A DNA stretch of 64,000 nt from positions 24,182,001-24,246,000 of the forward strand of contig NC_045696.1 of the NCBI RefSeq assembly GCF_009834535.1, in the 5' to 3' direction. Of this stretch, positions 63,646 to 64,000 are shown piece after piece. The notes under the pieces were generated by a model, which saw only the letters and a list, made by a program, of their open reading frames with translations, was not told the origin of the DNA and ran no database searches. The first letter of the stretch is position 1, and each line of letters starts with the position of its first letter. The translations under genes were made by a program, and so were the position numbers. The DNA is from Camelus ferus. Taxonomy: Eukaryota.

Positions 63646-63729
63646 ATTTTTAATGGATATATGGAGGATTGAACCTAAGACCTCGTGTGTGCTAAGCACG
63701 TGCTCTACCACTGAGCTGTATCCCTCCCC
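63646..63729 (-). mobile_element. tRNA-Ala(AGC)-derived SINE, camelid Vic-1-like
   Basis: Minus strand reads GGGGAGGGATACAGCTCAGTGGTAGAGCACGTGCTTAGCACACACGAGGTCTTAGGTTCAATCCTCCATATATCCATTAAAAA: A box, B box, AGC anticodon loop, A-rich tail. Confidence 0.8.
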
Positions 63730-64000
63730 TCAGAATATAATTTTATTATTTGAAGTATATTAAAGGTCTATATTTAGAATACCTTTGCTTCAGTCTTATG
63801 TTTATTTTTAATTCTTAGTTAAGAACAAACACACTGTTTACATGGTTATTCCTATGAGAATATGTGAATCACATTGAGAGATCTTGTTGTCTGTCATATT
63901 CCATGTTCTCTAGGCACACAGCGTAGAAACAGGGGAGGACACCTGACAGCCATCTTCATTTTAGTTTGGCTTAACACATTTCAGGAAACTGAGGATGGAG

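Noticed and set aside
63655..63729. Functional tRNA-Ala gene
   Set aside because: Extended 5' GGGGAGGG leader, poorly paired acceptor and T stems and an A-rich tail fit a SINE rather than a tRNA gene.
1..64000. NRIP1 coding sequence, CRISPR arrays, operons or other prokaryotic-type systems
   Set aside because: The single NRIP1 coding exon lies well downstream of this window; no regularly spaced repeat-spacer array or gene-dense region is present.

Overview
Mammalian genomic DNA, probably camelid (alpaca/llama/camel), inferred from one tRNA-Ala-derived SINE of the camelid type at ~63.7 kb and the lack of Alu, B1 or Bov-A/Bov-B-like repeats. I recognise the locus as the 5' end of NRIP1 (RIP140) on the + strand, by comparison with the human 5'UTR as I remember it; no alignment was run. 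The first ~32 kb is upstream sequence dense in old transposons (L1M, L2, MIR, MLT1/ERVL, MER2, MER33). A CpG-island promoter (~32.6-34.7 kb) carries a perfect palindromic oestrogen response element and a non-coding exon 1 (donor after 33926). A 17.4-kb intron 1 follows, then a 72-nt non-coding exon 2 (51319-51390) and part of intron 2. No protein-coding exon is supported, and the listed ORFs look like chance or GC-bias products. The best leads are: a 193-nt intronic fold-back with a perfect 55-bp stem; a CCAAT-TATA-Inr-donor cassette 4.5 kb upstream that may be an alternative first exon; a GGC/GGA tract in exon 1 with TSS-dependent polyGly/polyArg uORFs; strong cryptic acceptors near exon 2; and a 119-bp local duplication. 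I found no evidence for a new multi-gene system.
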